NCBI GenBank assembly: GCA_958009085.1
Contig: OY253680.1
Coordinates: forward strand, 744,001-808,000
Source of the DNA: Protoeuglena noctilucae
Taxonomy: Eukaryota
Direction: 5' to 3'
DNA length: 64,000 nt
A program made the position numbers and the translations under genes. The notes beneath the pieces are model-generated. The model saw only the letters and a list, made by a program, of their open reading frames with translations. It searched no databases and was not told the DNA's origin. The number at the start of each line of letters is the position of its first letter. Positions within the stretch are counted from its first letter, which is position 1. Positions 37,601-50,682 of this stretch are shown here, piece by piece.

Positions 37601-40600
37601 ACGAGGACCCCTCGTCAAGTGCCCTGAGTGTATGCCTTCTCGCAGTTCTCGGCTACGGCCTGCTGGCCCTGGAGCGCGCCTTCCTCAAGCACGTCATGCG
37701 GCGGTGCGGGTTGGCCGCCTACTCGTTCCCAGCGGAGGTGACGGCATGGCCTGGGCACGTCATACATGTGCTTGCTGATGAGTGGTCGCATTCACGTTTC
37801 CTCTGTCTGGCTGCCGCACCGCAGACGGTGCCATCTGCCGAGGTGCTCGAGCGTGTCGAGGCGTCCTTCAGTGCCGCCCCCGACACGGGCCTAATGTCGC
37901 TCCTCCCGTCGCGGAGCGCCATGTTCGGGGGCAAAGTAGCCAAGCCCGCGGACTTCCGTCAACTTGACAAGTGCCTGGAGGAGCTGCAGGAGGAGCGCGC
38001 TGCGGCGGGGCTGTCGGCGTTGGCGCTGCAGGTGGGTGGTCGGTCAGAGCCGGGACTGGCAGCGTGCGGCTGCCGGCCTGGCAGCGTACGGCTGCGGGCA
38101 CAGAATGTCAAGATGAAGCCAGCAACGATGCGATTGCAGGGCCCAGCTGGGCTGGCGATGGAGTCAGCGACGGCTCCGAAGCCTGCGAGCGCGGTGGACC
38201 GGGAGGGGGCAGAAGCGGCAGCGCCAAGGCAGGCGGGCGGTGGCAAGGAAGGAGGGCAAGCGGGTCGAAAGAAGAGACCGGGGTGGGCCGTGTCGGACGT
38301 GAGTGGCGAGGCTGGAAGGTGTAACATAGCGTGGCAGGCAGGTGGTCGACGGCACGCTTGCCCCTCCTACCCTCGCAGGCTTTCGACCACGCCCGTCAGC
38401 ACCACGCGCGCATCGCCACGTTACCCGCTACCTCGTCCCCCCTGCCTGCCCTCCGCCCCCTCGCGGCCGAGCCGCAGGACGCGAGTGGCAGCATCGACGG
38501 TCGCGTTTTGCGCTTGTGCGGTCTGCCGACCGCGCACCTCTACCGCCACGTACTGCTGCTCAGCTGCCCCAACAAGGTCCTTGAGACCATGGCCGAGAAG
38601 CAGGGATATAAAAAGGCCATCGCTCCAAAATCTAATGGGGAGTTTTTTGGGGGATTTCACGCGGGGCAGTTCCTGCGGGGAGCGCCGTTGGAGACGTTCT
38701 ATGTCGAGGAGCCGCCCCTGAAAGTAAGTGGCAGGGAGAGCCTATATGTGATGTAAGCTCTGGATGCTGATGCTTGGAGTCCAACTGTAAAGCCTGTCCC
38801 TCCTCCCCCATCCTCAGTACCCCTATCGCAACTACTTCTCGTCGACCTACCCATCGACGGACCCACTGAGCGTCTTTGGCTACGCCGAGAAGGTCCACCT
38901 GATCGACTGCGTGCTCGAGCAGCCCGCGTCCACCACGGCCGGGCGCAGCGGCCGCATCGACTACCTCGAGGGCGGCGCGGACGTGTTCCTGCGCGAGCTG
39001 CTCACGCTCGGGATCCTGGAGGACGTGTGCCGGACGCAGCAGAGCCAGGGACGCATCTTCCTTAGAGACAGCTGGGCGCTTCCGTGGCGGCGCGGGCGGG
39101 ATTGGTTCCTCGAGCCCCTCAAGTGGTTCCGGCAGCCGCTCAACGACATCACCAGGTACTACGGGCATCCCTCTGGCTTCTACTTCTCCTTCTTGGGGTA
39201 CTACACGGTGTCCCTCATCATCCCCAGCGCCATTGGGTGAGCAGGGATGAAGGCAGCACGTTCTCCATCGCACAGGTCCATCACCCTTGCTCGCCAAGCC
39301 CGTAGTCTGGACTCGACGAAGTGGTTCGCGCGAGCCACGGCGACCCCATTCTGGCCGTCCCTTTGACCGAACTGCGGCGCTTGCTGTGCTATGTCCCGTC
39401 ACCAGCCTCCCGGTCCTCCTTCCCCTCAGGGTGGTGGTCGAGGTCCTCATTTTTCGGAACTATTGGACTTCCGTCAAGTCGGCCTTCCAGTACGGCCTCG
39501 CCTGGGTGCTTGTCGCCTACTCGGCCCTCGTCGTCTTCTGGGGCATCCTCTTCATTCACCTCTGGACGCGGAGGTCCAACAAGGCGAGAGACGAAGCAGC
39601 GCATCAGCAGTTGTCTCAGCAATGCGCGCTTTGGTACAAGAAAGCGACTCCCCACCTGCGCCGTCCCAACCCCAGCTGGCGTACGTGTGGGACAACGGCC
39701 TCTACGAGAAGCGCGACATGCAAGAGTTCAAGGAGAACGTTCGACCCGAGTTCGTGAGCGCACTGGACAAGATTATGGTGGCATCGACGAGAGGGGAGGA
39801 CCGCGTCATGGGATGGGTGCGGCGGGGGCTCAAGCTCAATGCGCCGGTGAGAGTCTGAGCCTCCCCTGGCTCAGCTGGAGGTGCGGGTCGCTGGTCCCCT
39901 CTGCCTTACAACAGCCCGTCGTCGCCCCATGCACGCAGTCGATGCGCAAGTTCCTGGAGACGCGCACCCAGATGGACACGGTGAACAAGCAGATCAAGCA
40001 GGACATGAGCGCCCACAACGAGGCGTACTTCATGCCCTTCGCGGTCCGCAACGCCATGAAGGTCGTCAGCTGGGCGATCCTGATCGTCTTCTCGGCCGTC
40101 TCTGTCGCGGCTACTTGGGTGTGCCTGCGCATCCAGCAGGGCATCGAAGACGGCAACATCAACGTGGGGGAGCGGTCCTGGGCGGTGAGTGGGGGCGTCA
40201 GCGACTACTCGTCTCCTCTCTCGTCCCGCCAACTCACTCGGTCACCACCCTGGGCCTTCCGCAGGTCAAGGGCAACACCTCGACGCGCCAGATATACAGC
40301 TACGCCGTCTCCGGCGTCCTCAACGCCCTCCTCATCCCCGTCTTCTCCATGCTCTACCAGCTCGCGGCAGAGCGCCTGACCGACTGGGAGAAGTACCGGT
40401 CCGACCAGTCCCACATGTCGGCGCTGTCCACGCGCCTCGCCCTCTTCTTCTTCATTAATTCGAACAACTCACTCTTCTACATCGCGTTCATCAAGAGGGA
40501 CTGGTTCCATCTGAGGGCCCAGGTGAGCATGGGAGATGTCGGGGCACACCTGGAGGCTGGGACGGTGCGGCGCGTGGTGGCTTTTGTCTGGTGCAATCGA

Positions 40601-43600
40601 CAGTGTGCTGCAGCAAGGGTCTGCATGACCTCGCTCATCCTCCCCTCAGGTCGGCTCGTTCATCATCACCGGCCAAATCATCGGCAACGTCCGCGAGATC
40701 ATGATCCCTTACGTCATGCAGCGGTGCCGAGTGTGGTACATGCGGTACCTGGACCGCCAAGCGCAGGAGCTGTCGCACAGAAACGAGCAGCTGCGGAACA
40801 CGCAGAACCGCAAGCTGGAGCAGCTGGAGCGGTTGCGGCGCAAGATGGAACAAGAAAGGCGCAGCACGGGCCGGCCGCACCCCAAGACCCAGCAGCAGTA
40901 TGAGGAGGCCTCCCGCAAGCTGAAGCGGCTGCAGGACAGCCAGCGACAGACGAGTGCGGCTGCGGGGCGGCGGGTAACAGAGGCAAAAGTGGGGGAGCGT
41001 GTGGCTGCGGCGGCTGGGGACGAGGGCGATGGGACTTCCATGACAGGCGCGGGCCATGCGTTGGCCACAGAGGTCACCATGGATGGGATCCTTGCGAGGC
41101 GGAGGACGCTGTTGACGTTCCAGGTCAGGGCCTTGTGTTGATGGTGCTCCAGATGTCATGATGGGCCATCTGAGGACATGCTCTTGGCTCTCGCACAGCA
41201 GCGCAAGCACCAACGCCTTGCCATCGCAGGAGGTCGTCCTCGCGTACCGCATGCTCGTTCGCCGGTTCCCGCGCCTTTCCGACTTCCTCCTCGAGACCCT
41301 CCGAGCGCTCAACCGAGCTGACATCGAGCGTGCTAGCGGGGGAGTCGAGAACGACGGCTCATTGGCTGCGGCGCGTTCAGAACCCCCTGCCACGCCTCTG
41401 CGGACCTTCCCCGCGCTGCTGGACAAGGAGAGCAGCATGCCTGGCACTCCGCGGAACGCAAGCATGCAGGAGGGCACGTCCCGGGAGGGCGGGGATGGGA
41501 AAGGGTCGGCGGCAAAGGCCCGGCGCGTGCTGACGTACCGGGGCGCTATAGAGGTGAGGCGCATCCACTCCGCGCTCGGTCGCCAACCTGGGACCCTCGG
41601 CTGGTTGTTGTGCCCTGTTATGTAACCCACAAGACCTCTCCTCTTCTGCGAGCGTTCTCAGGTCGCCGACACCAACAATCGCAACCCTCGTCCCCATGAC
41701 GCCGACTCTCTGGCAGAGACGCTCCGGACCGTCCCCCGAGTCCACGCGTACCTGGCCACCAAGGGAGGTCTCATCCGCAAGCACCTCTCGCAGCGGAAGC
41801 TCCAGGAGTGCCCTCCACTGCACCAAGAGGCAAGGCCGAATGCTGTTCGTGCTGTGTTGTTCTGGCACTGGGTTGTGCCGTCTTACCCACCCCGCCCATC
41901 ACTCTACCCCCCTGCCCTCTCGCAGTATCTCGAGCTCATGACGCAGTTCGGGTGGCTGGCCATGTTCGTGGTCGTGTTCCCTCTCGGTCCCATGTTTTGG
42001 TGAGCATCAAAGGGTCGAGGGCCTCGCGGCTGGCATCGTACCAGTCAGGAGCTCCTGCAAAAGGACGGCACTGTTCATCATGTTCTGACCGCGTCCCCGC
42101 TCCGTTCCCTTCGCCTCAGCCTCATCAACAACATCATGGAGATCCGTGTCGACTCGTTCAAACTCGTGCAGCTCTACCGCATGCCCGCCCCCAGCTTCCC
42201 CACCAACATCGGCATCTGGTCCAACGTCCTGAGCGCCATCGCCGTTCTCTCCAGTGAGCTCGGCGGCGATTCCTGCCCAATCAGCAGCGCCATCATTCCG
42301 CAATGTGCGCCCAATCCACCGTCACCTCCCCGCACACAGTCGTGACCAACCTGGCGATCGTCTACTTCACCAAGTTCACTCTGACGGTCGACTACGGCGC
42401 TTTTCATGCGGGGGACGCCGTCACCGTCATCGAGCTCCTGTGGGTGAGCCCTGCGTGGTCGGGCCTGAAGGGCGGTGTCGAACGGGCAGGGACAGAGCGC
42501 CACGTACATGGCCCCTCGTCCGATCCCGCAGAACAAGACGGGCGAGACGCGCGTGCTGACCCTGGTGGGCATGGAGCACCTCTTCGTCTTTGCCGCCGCG
42601 GCCGTGGGGTGGGTGCTCTACTCAATACCCAACGAGATACTCGAAGACATGTTCAGGTGACGAGCGGGAGCGAGAGAGCTGCGGGGCATACCCATGGTAT
42701 GCTAATGGATCTGGCTGCTCAGTGTATGACGCGTGTAGTCACACCCTATGTAAGCCATGTGCTGCTGAGGGCCGTCATGCATACCTGCCTCCCTTGCCTC
42801 TTCTTGCACAGGCAAGACTTCTACCAGATGAAAGTGGAGGACATGCGCCGCGCCAAGCTCCTGGCAAGTGGCAAGTTCAAAGAGCGCATGGGCAACACGG
42901 ATGACCCGCGGGAGGAGTCCGGGGCCACGAGGAAGCTCAGAGTGGCGGCCAACATCGTCACCAAGCACGCGCACAACATGATGATGCGGGCCAAGCTGCT
43001 CGGGAGCCAGGGTGGACGTGGGGAGGGGACCCAGGGCCCAGGAACCGCCGGTCGTGGGGGGAGGGGGGAGGCGGCGAAGGTCGCTGGGGGTAAAGGAGAA
43101 AAGCAGAGGGCGGCAGCGAATGGCGGGGGGCAGAAGGAGGGGACGAAGGGGGAGAAGAGGGGTGGCGTGACGTTTCAAGTGGCCGAGCATGAGCGGGCTG
43201 GTGGGAAGGCAGAAGATAGGGGGCGAAGAGAGGGACCGGGCGGGGGCGTGGGCCGTGAGGGGGGCGCGGGGGCGGGCAACGGTGTCGGTCCTGGGGCCGC
43301 GGGAAAAGGCGAGGGGAAGGCGGAGGATGCAGGAAGGGTGGGGGAAACAGAGGCAGCAGGGTCTCAGCTGGCCACCGCAAGGGCCCCCAGCGCGTCCGGG
43401 CCAAGCGAGACGGGTTGCCCTCGTTCCAGCCCCGGGGAGGGTCAAGCGGGGGTGGGGCCGATGAACGCTGGGGAGCGACCCGCCCCTGTTAGGGCGGTGG
43501 CCCTCGCACCCCTGCCCGGAGCAGCGCAGATGAACGCGGCGAGTGACCACGGGAAGGCTCCGGGACGGGATTTCAGTCCTGCTCCTGACCGCCTGCTGAA

Positions 43601-44171
43601 CGCGGCCCAGGATCCGGGGGGCCACATGTTGTCGGTGGAGGACCTGCCGAGCCTGCCAAACATCAAGGGGGCGCTCCAGGTGCCGATGCCCGACTTGGAC
43701 TTCAAACCCCGGGGTCAGAGCGACTCGTTGAGCGGTGGGGGAGATGGGGCTGCTGCCAAGGGCGGCGCAGGTGCTGGCACAGCCACGGGCTCCAGGCTGG
43801 GGAGCCAGCCACCTGCCGAGGCCGCCAACGGGCTCAATGCGCCCCACGACGCTCATGGTGGGGGTTCGGGGACCCCGCGTGGAGAAGAGAGGTCGCCGGG
43901 TGGGAAGGAGACCAAACGCCGAGGTTTCCTGTGGAGCCGGAAGACGGACAAGAAAGGCTCCCAAGATCCAGGAGACGGGTTGGCTGCCACCGCGTCGCTC
44001 GACCCATCGGGGTCAGGTGGTGTCCACTCGCCCGTCCCCAGGACGGCTGAGCTGCCCCCCGTCCCTGCGCTGCCCCCCGTCCCAGCGCTGCCCCCCCTGC
44101 CGAGCTCGGCGCCGAGGCAGGTGCCGGCCAGGGCCCTCAAGCCGCTCAGCAACGTCCCCAAGCCGCAATGA
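34676..44171 (+). CDS. Very large anoctamin/TMEM16-family protein with long N-terminal extension
   Basis: The anoctamin core runs from ~38380: QPLNDITRYYG..SGFYFSFLGYY, AERLTDWEKYRS, FFFINSNNSLFYIAF, GNVREIMIPY, YLELMTQFGWLAMFVVVFPL, NNIMEIRVDSFKL and NIGIW. Upstream exons appear to splice continuously back to MGAKASKVSG at 34676; that N-terminal linkage is less certain. Confidence 0.8.
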
Positions 44172-44430
44172 GCTGGGGCCACCTGAGGCAGTGCTCGTCC
44201 CATGTTCCTTTAGCTTTCAGCAGTTAGGTTGTCTACAGGGCCCGGCCTAAGCTGCGTGCGTTCGTTATCTAGTATAAGCCAACACGGCACCTAGAGGCAC
44301 ATGTGAAATGTTCCAAGAAGGGCCGCATGAGCTGCTGCAAGGAGATTGCTGAGCGCGCAGGCAGGCAGGGACAAGCGGGTCCGTTCGGTGCAGTCCTGCA
44401 GCGCGTGCACCGGCACAAGCGCACCAACCG

Positions 44431-46917
44431 TCAATACGGCGTGTCAGGCAGGATGAGGTTGACTCCGGCGAGCCGCCGGGCGTTGGATTCTCGCAGCAGA
44501 CGTTGCTGCTCCTCCTCCGTCTCCGCGATCTTCTTCCAGCGCGCCATGCTGGCACGCGTGTTGGCATCCCTGCGCTTCCGCAGCTGCCTCTCCATCTCCG
44601 CCTTTTGACTCTGCGATACGAGCAACGGCAAGAACATTGCTGTACCTCTCGCTATGCTAGTCGGGGCCAGGACCAGCGACCCGCCAAAGGAAATTCCGGC
44701 GCCTCGCTCACCAAAAAGTCCTCCATCTTCTTCTCAATCTCGCGCCGCTGCTCAGCCCGCCGCACTTCGTCAGCGCGTTCCATGAGCTCCACGCTTCGCA
44801 GCTTGCACGACGACATCAGGCCCTTTGACGTGCTGCGCTCCTGCACCAGTTCCGTTACGCGCTGCAGGCAAACGGAGCATAGTGCAGTGCATGGTTGGCG
44901 AAACCACCCCTTCCATGCCGACATGTCGTTGCTCTACAACGGCACCGCCCCTCACCTGCACCCGCTCCTTGACTTGCTGGTCCCTTCGATCCTTCCGGCT
45001 CTCCAGCTCCTGCACCCACATCTGCCGCCGCGCCTCCACGGACTCTGGGTCCCACCGCCGCGTGTTGTTGAACGTGGCCACGGTCGTGAGCCGGTCGTTG
45101 CGGTGGCGACTGATGCGCTCCTCGGCCTCCATCTCCCTCTGAATCTTCTCTGCTCGCGTGACGAGGGCGACACAGGATTTTCAGACACCGTAACTGAGAC
45201 ACAAAGGTGCTGAAAGGAAGCAGCTCCGTGCGCTCGACTCCCAGCCGCTCCTCACCCTGGTGCGCCTTCTCCGTCCGCTCCGTCTTGTCGGCCCAGAAGT
45301 TCTTCCTCCTCTCCCCGGCCTTCTCCAGCTGGGCCTCCGCCTCTCGCGCCTTCTCCGCCACGGATTTCCCCAGCTCCCGCATCCGCTGCTGGCCGCGCTC
45401 CTCCAGCTGCCGCTCCCGGACCTCGAGCTCCGCGATCCGCATGTCACTCGCCGCGCGCACCTTGGCTAGAGCCCTGCAGAGCGACATGGCGAGCAACACA
45501 ATTTGGCTTGCGAGACCAGGTGGGCCGGCACAGCTGCTGCTGGCCATGACTCCCCGCCGACCTTTTCCATCACGCGGCGTCCACGGGCCGGCTCATGAGT
45601 CACCACACCCCCTCCCCCCTCACCTCGCCCTTCGCTGCTCCCATTTGGACCTCCTCTCCGCCGCCCGCTCCCTCCTCTGCGCGTCCATCTCCAGCCGCCG
45701 CATCTCCGCCAACTCCTCCATCGTCTGCGTCCGCTGGAGCTCACCCTCCGCGTGCGTCGCAGCCTGGCTCATCTGCTCCACGTGCCGCTTCATCGAGCGC
45801 TCCAAGTCTTGCTGCTTGGTCTCCCCTCGACGCAGCCTGCAGGCGCAGACCGAGCCGGGGCCGGGCGCTTCGCACAGCCTGCCAAGGCCAGGCATCCAGC
45901 CGTGCAGCCACGACCCCGTGGCTGCTTTCTGCCCTGCTATCCTCACCGCATGCTTTCGATGCGCTCCTGGGCACGTGCCCGCCGCTCCTCCAGCGCCGCC
46001 TCCGCCAGCACTGCCCGGTCCTCTCGGCTCTGCAGGTCCTGCACCTCCCTCGCCAGCTTCTTTTCCAAAGTGGCGTTGATCCTGCGCGCGAGCACCGGGC
46101 CAGGTGCATCCATTGAATGAGCGACATCCCGGCATGCCAATCCTGATGCACCGCATGCATCAATGCCCGCGCAGTCACCGGTGGTTCTTCTCCTTCACAT
46201 CCGCGTCCCCCGCCAGCTTTTGGTGCGGTCGCGACGGCGCCTTTGTCTCGTGCGACTCGAACTCGGCACGCTTGGCCAGGAGGGCTGTGATGAGGCGCTG
46301 CCGCTCCTCGGCGGCGTGCGCCTCGTGGATCGAGGCCAGGTGCGGCGGCAGGTGCGCAAATGCGCGGCGGTTCCGGGATATCAAATCCTCGGGCGCAGCC
46401 CCCTGCGAGGAGCGGGAGCCGGCGTCGGAAAGGGCGAGTCCAGAGTGGTGGGCGGTCGCGGTCACCCCGCGCGCGCGCGGTGGCTCGATGCGCGTCGCCT
46501 TTCCGTCTCGACACCGCTATGGCTTACAAACATCCTCACCAGAGCCATGAAAGCCTGCACGGACAGCGGAGAGCTCGGCCGCAGGTCTGCAGGGCGCACA
46601 TGTGGAAGTTCACTCTTCTCCACGAGCTCCTTCACGCCAATCTTGCCACCCTGATTGTTTCGGGCCTCAATTAGGAGCTTTGACATGCGGGCCGCGTAGC
46701 TGCGAGGGCGAGACAACGCGCGGTCAGTCTGGCTTCAGCCTGTTTTCTCTGCGAGCGGCTCCACGAGCCCGGAGAGCATATGAGACTGCATCGCGCAAAG
46801 AGCGAATAGCAACAGCGGCGCCTCAAACCTGTGGCGGCTGACGAGCTGCTGAGCATCGTCGATTCCGGTGCTCCACGTGCCCCCGCGGGTGCTGTCCTCC
46901 CCCGGGTGCGCGCTCAT
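44431..46917 (-). CDS. Uncharacterised E/R/K-rich coiled-coil protein (multi-exon)
   Basis: Successive exons are charged and helical (ELEVRERQLEERGQQRMRELGKSV..., RRLEMDAQRRERAAERRSKWEQRR) and are bounded by GT-AG sites. It ends NLILPDTPY*. Confidence 0.65.
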
Positions 46918-47698
46918 TCTTGCCGGATCGCTCACAGGGCGGCGTCAAGCCGAGTCCACCTCCCCATCCGCCGGAGGGCCTCAAGGGCGGGGCCCCTCTC
47001 CAGATGCGAGCAACGACCTGCAGCGGAAGGTGAGTGCCGTGCGAGCCCGCCATCAGGACGGCTGGAATCATGTTTGGCTACATGAACAGCCGAACTAAAT
47101 ACGCTGGCCACGTCGTGCTCCCGAGCGCGAGGTGTGGCGCTTCCTGCACAGGCCGGTCATATGGGCCTGGTGAAGCCCACGCGTGCTGACAGAGTCCGAA
47201 GCCTGGCTGGCCTACCAATCAAATGCAGCTTGTTCAGCTGGAGATGCGGCACCGCGCGAGAGCCGCGGGATGCGGGCGCCTTCGTGCTATTGCGCAGACC
47301 GCATGCCACGCCGCGTGCGTCAGATGCTGCGGGAGATGAATGTGCCGTTTGGTCTTTGGCTGAATAAAGACGCAAGTGTACCGCCCGCACCCTGTGGGGG
47401 CGCCTCGTTGCGCCCAAGCTGCCAGAGACCTCTCCACGCGTCTGAAACATGAAGCCTCAGCTGTTTCGTAACGTGCAGATGCGGGAAGCTGGACAAAAGT
47501 TCTCGGCGCAGGTCCGGTCACCGGCCCGGACGGCAGAGCGTCTCCCTGCGGCCGTTCGTCATCCTGTGCAAGCCAGCGACCGCGCGAGCATGATGTACGG
47601 CCCCTCATCAAGGGCGGGTGGCAGTGCAACCGCTGCTTTATAGCGTCACGCACGCCTGCAAAGCTTGCGGGTTCCCCGTAGCCATTCTAACCGAAGAG

Positions 47699-50469
47699 AT
47701 GGTGGGGCCCAAGGCGGAGCCCGCATCCTTCCTGGCCGAGATCCTTGCGGCCCAGGTGACGCTCGCCGCTCGCAGTATCATGTCGTCTGTGTTGGTGGGG
47801 ACCGCGGCTGCGGGGCTTGGGAGAACACGCGTGCTGGGATCGGACTCGTGGGCAAGTGCCCGCAGGACTTCGACCTCCAGGGCGCGTTGGGGCGCTGCCG
47901 GTCGAGAGCGCCGCTTGATGTGGTCGAGAAGGAGGCTGAACAGTACCTCGCGAGCGTGCGGGAGGACCTCGGCCGCGCCATCAACGAGGATTACGGGGCA
48001 TTCGTGGAGATGGCGGGCTCACTCGGGGAGATCGACGCGGCCGTCGCGCGGCTGCGGTCGGGACTGACGCCGCTGTCGCGCCGGCTGCAGTCGCTGCGGA
48101 CGGACGCCAAGCTCGAGTTGGAAGCGCTGGAGACGCTGCTGGCGCGCCGCGCCGATGCACGTCGCAACACGCGCGCGCTGCGGCAGGCCCAGGGGGCGGC
48201 GGTGTCGGCGGCGAAGGTGGATCGACTGCTGTCCAGGATCGACGAAGCGGCGGACCAGCCGGTGCCGGAGCGCGCGCGGGCGCTCGAGCGCGCAGCGGGC
48301 GAGGTGGCCCGCCTGACCTTCTTGCTGCGCACGTGCGACGCGACCCTGCCAGGCATCGCGGGCGCTGCGCGGGCCGCTGCTGGCCACACGCAGCGCGTCG
48401 TCGGGCACCTCGAGTCATGCCTGGCCGCGGCACTGCGTGGGGTTGCGGGAGTCGCGGGAGCCCCCACTGAGCCCGCCCTGCCTCATCTCATGCATGCCTT
48501 TCGCGCCCTCGGCGCCGATGCCCGCGCGGAAGCGGTCGTCCGCGCCGCCTGGGTCGCCCCGCAGCTCCGCGCTGCGCTGCCAGCGGGAGACGGTGCGGGA
48601 CCCTTCCAGCAATGGCTGCACGCTGCGACGGACCTCTCCCGTCGCACGTGCTCGCTCCTGGGAACCACCAGCGGGGCTTCTTCGGACGAGCGGGAGCTGC
48701 GCCCCGGGGACGACCGGGCGCCGGCCCAGGGACCCGACAGCGCCCACGCACCCGGCGGGATGGGTGCCCTGCTGGGCGCGTGCGTGCTGCCGGAAGTGGA
48801 GGCCGTGGCCGTGGAGCGTTTCGCGCCGTGCATGAGCCCCGGGAAGCCCGAGGAGTTCCTCAGAGGGTACCTCGCATGCGTGTCCTTCCTCGCGTCCCTG
48901 GAGGCCTCCTGTTCGACACAGGTGGGTGCCGAGCTGAGGTGCCATATGCCTGAGGATGACAAAAGCTTTATCGTAGATCCCAGCAGCTGTCCGGGGCGGG
49001 CGCAGGCCTCTTTCAGGCGACATGCATCTCGTGTCGCGATTGCAGGCCGATGTCCGAGCTCTGCGTGACCACGCGTCGACCAAGGCCCTTCTGGGGCGGT
49101 GGAACGTTCGAGCGTTCGCTGCTTTGCGGTTCCAGACCCTGGCGGCGCAGCTGGAGGGCGCCATGACGACGGCGACGCTTGCGGGACTCGCAAGGCGTGA
49201 GCCGGGGGTACACGGGATGCGGTGGGCTCTGCTGGCGCAGTGCCGGGACGTCCTGTCTCGCTGCCTTCCGGAGAAGGAGGTTGAATGGGGTGCGCCGGGG
49301 CTGGCAGAGAGGTCGCTGTGGGTCGCTCTGCAGGCAAGGGGCAGCAACAGGTTCGGGCAATGGGGCGATGCGTCGCCGGGCTGGGCAGCATCGGACAACT
49401 CACTCGCGCCTATTTTGTCGAGCAGGTTCCGGGCCGGCTGCGGGTGTTTCTGACAGGGGCATTCGATGGCATGGACGACGCGCCCAAGCTGGTGCCCCAG
49501 TCATGGGCCGCGTCTGGGGGCGCAGGGGACCTGTTGGTCGCAGCGGCGGAGCTGAGGGCGTTTGTGGCGGCAGTGCAGGGGGCGTGGCTGCCGCCCGCCG
49601 TCGCAGCGTTGCGGGGGGCACCCGGCGCGGGGCCGGTGCTGGAGCGGTGAGTTGCGAGGGGCGCGGGGGCGTTATTTGCGGCTATGGATCGGACGTTGCC
49701 ATTACATCTTTGCTCCCGCACCCATGCAGGGCTGTGGACGAGGCGCTGGTGGCGCTGGATCCCTTGCCACCTGCGCTGCTGGGGGTGGCGGCAGGGCGGG
49801 TGGCTGCGGAGGCGGCCCAGGCCATCGCGCAGATCAAGGGGGTGGCCGCATCCTTCCGCATGACGCAGCGGCCCATGCCGGCCGAGGCGTCGCCCTATGT
49901 GGCGCTGGTGGTGCGGCCTCTTGCAGAGCTTCTGCAGTCGGACGCGGCGGGCGCGCTGCCAAGGGATGACCTGGGCGCACTGCGGGGTCGCGCGGCGCAG
50001 CTTGTCTGCGAAGAGTACGCTGCTCAGGCGAGGGGCAGGTCGCCTGGCGTCGGTGCATGACATTTCTTGGCTTTTGCCAGGGAAGTTGTGATGGGCTGTG
50101 GACTGTTTGCTTCTGCAGGTGTCCGACCTGCTCGCGTCGGTGAGGCGCACGGAGGGGTCCCTGGCCAAGCTCAAGCGGGGCCGCGTGGCGCCGGGGACGG
50201 AGGGAGGGCCCAGCAACCTCGACAAGATCGCCGCACAGGTAAGCTGGGTGGTTGCAGATGGCAGAGCGATGAATGCACTTGGTGCCCTCGCGTGCGAGTG
50301 CCACGTGCCGCGTCTCGCTGTGTTCTACGAGCAGATGAGGATAGACGTGGAGGCGTTTGCGGGCATGCTGGAGACGCTGGGTGTCGACGCGGCGAGCCTC
50401 CCAGCACTGGAGACGCTGCGGGACGCCGCCAATGCTCAGGAGGCGCAGGGGGCTCCTGGGCCCGAGTAG
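47699..50469 (+). CDS. COG2: Conserved oligomeric Golgi complex subunit 2
   Basis: N-terminal DFDLQ...YLASVREDLGRAINEDYGAFVEM, then SPGKPEEFLRGY, RWNVRAFAALRFQ, IKGVAASFRMTQRPMPAEASPYV, VRRTEGSLAKLKR and SNLDKIAAQ. Confidence 0.88.
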
Positions 50470-50682
50470 CTCAGAGGAGTGGGGTCAGCAGCGTCGGCAG
50501 AGCAAGTAGCAAGTGTGCCAAGCAGCACGCAAAGCCGCTCACACTCACTGTTCGGCAAACCACGTGGGGCTGCGGCACGTCAGCTGACTTTGAATAGCTG
50601 TTGAGACGTTGTTATCACACGCAATTCGGCCGCGCCTTCCACCCGCTGCCATCGATGACCTGCACACGTCACGTTAGTGTCA

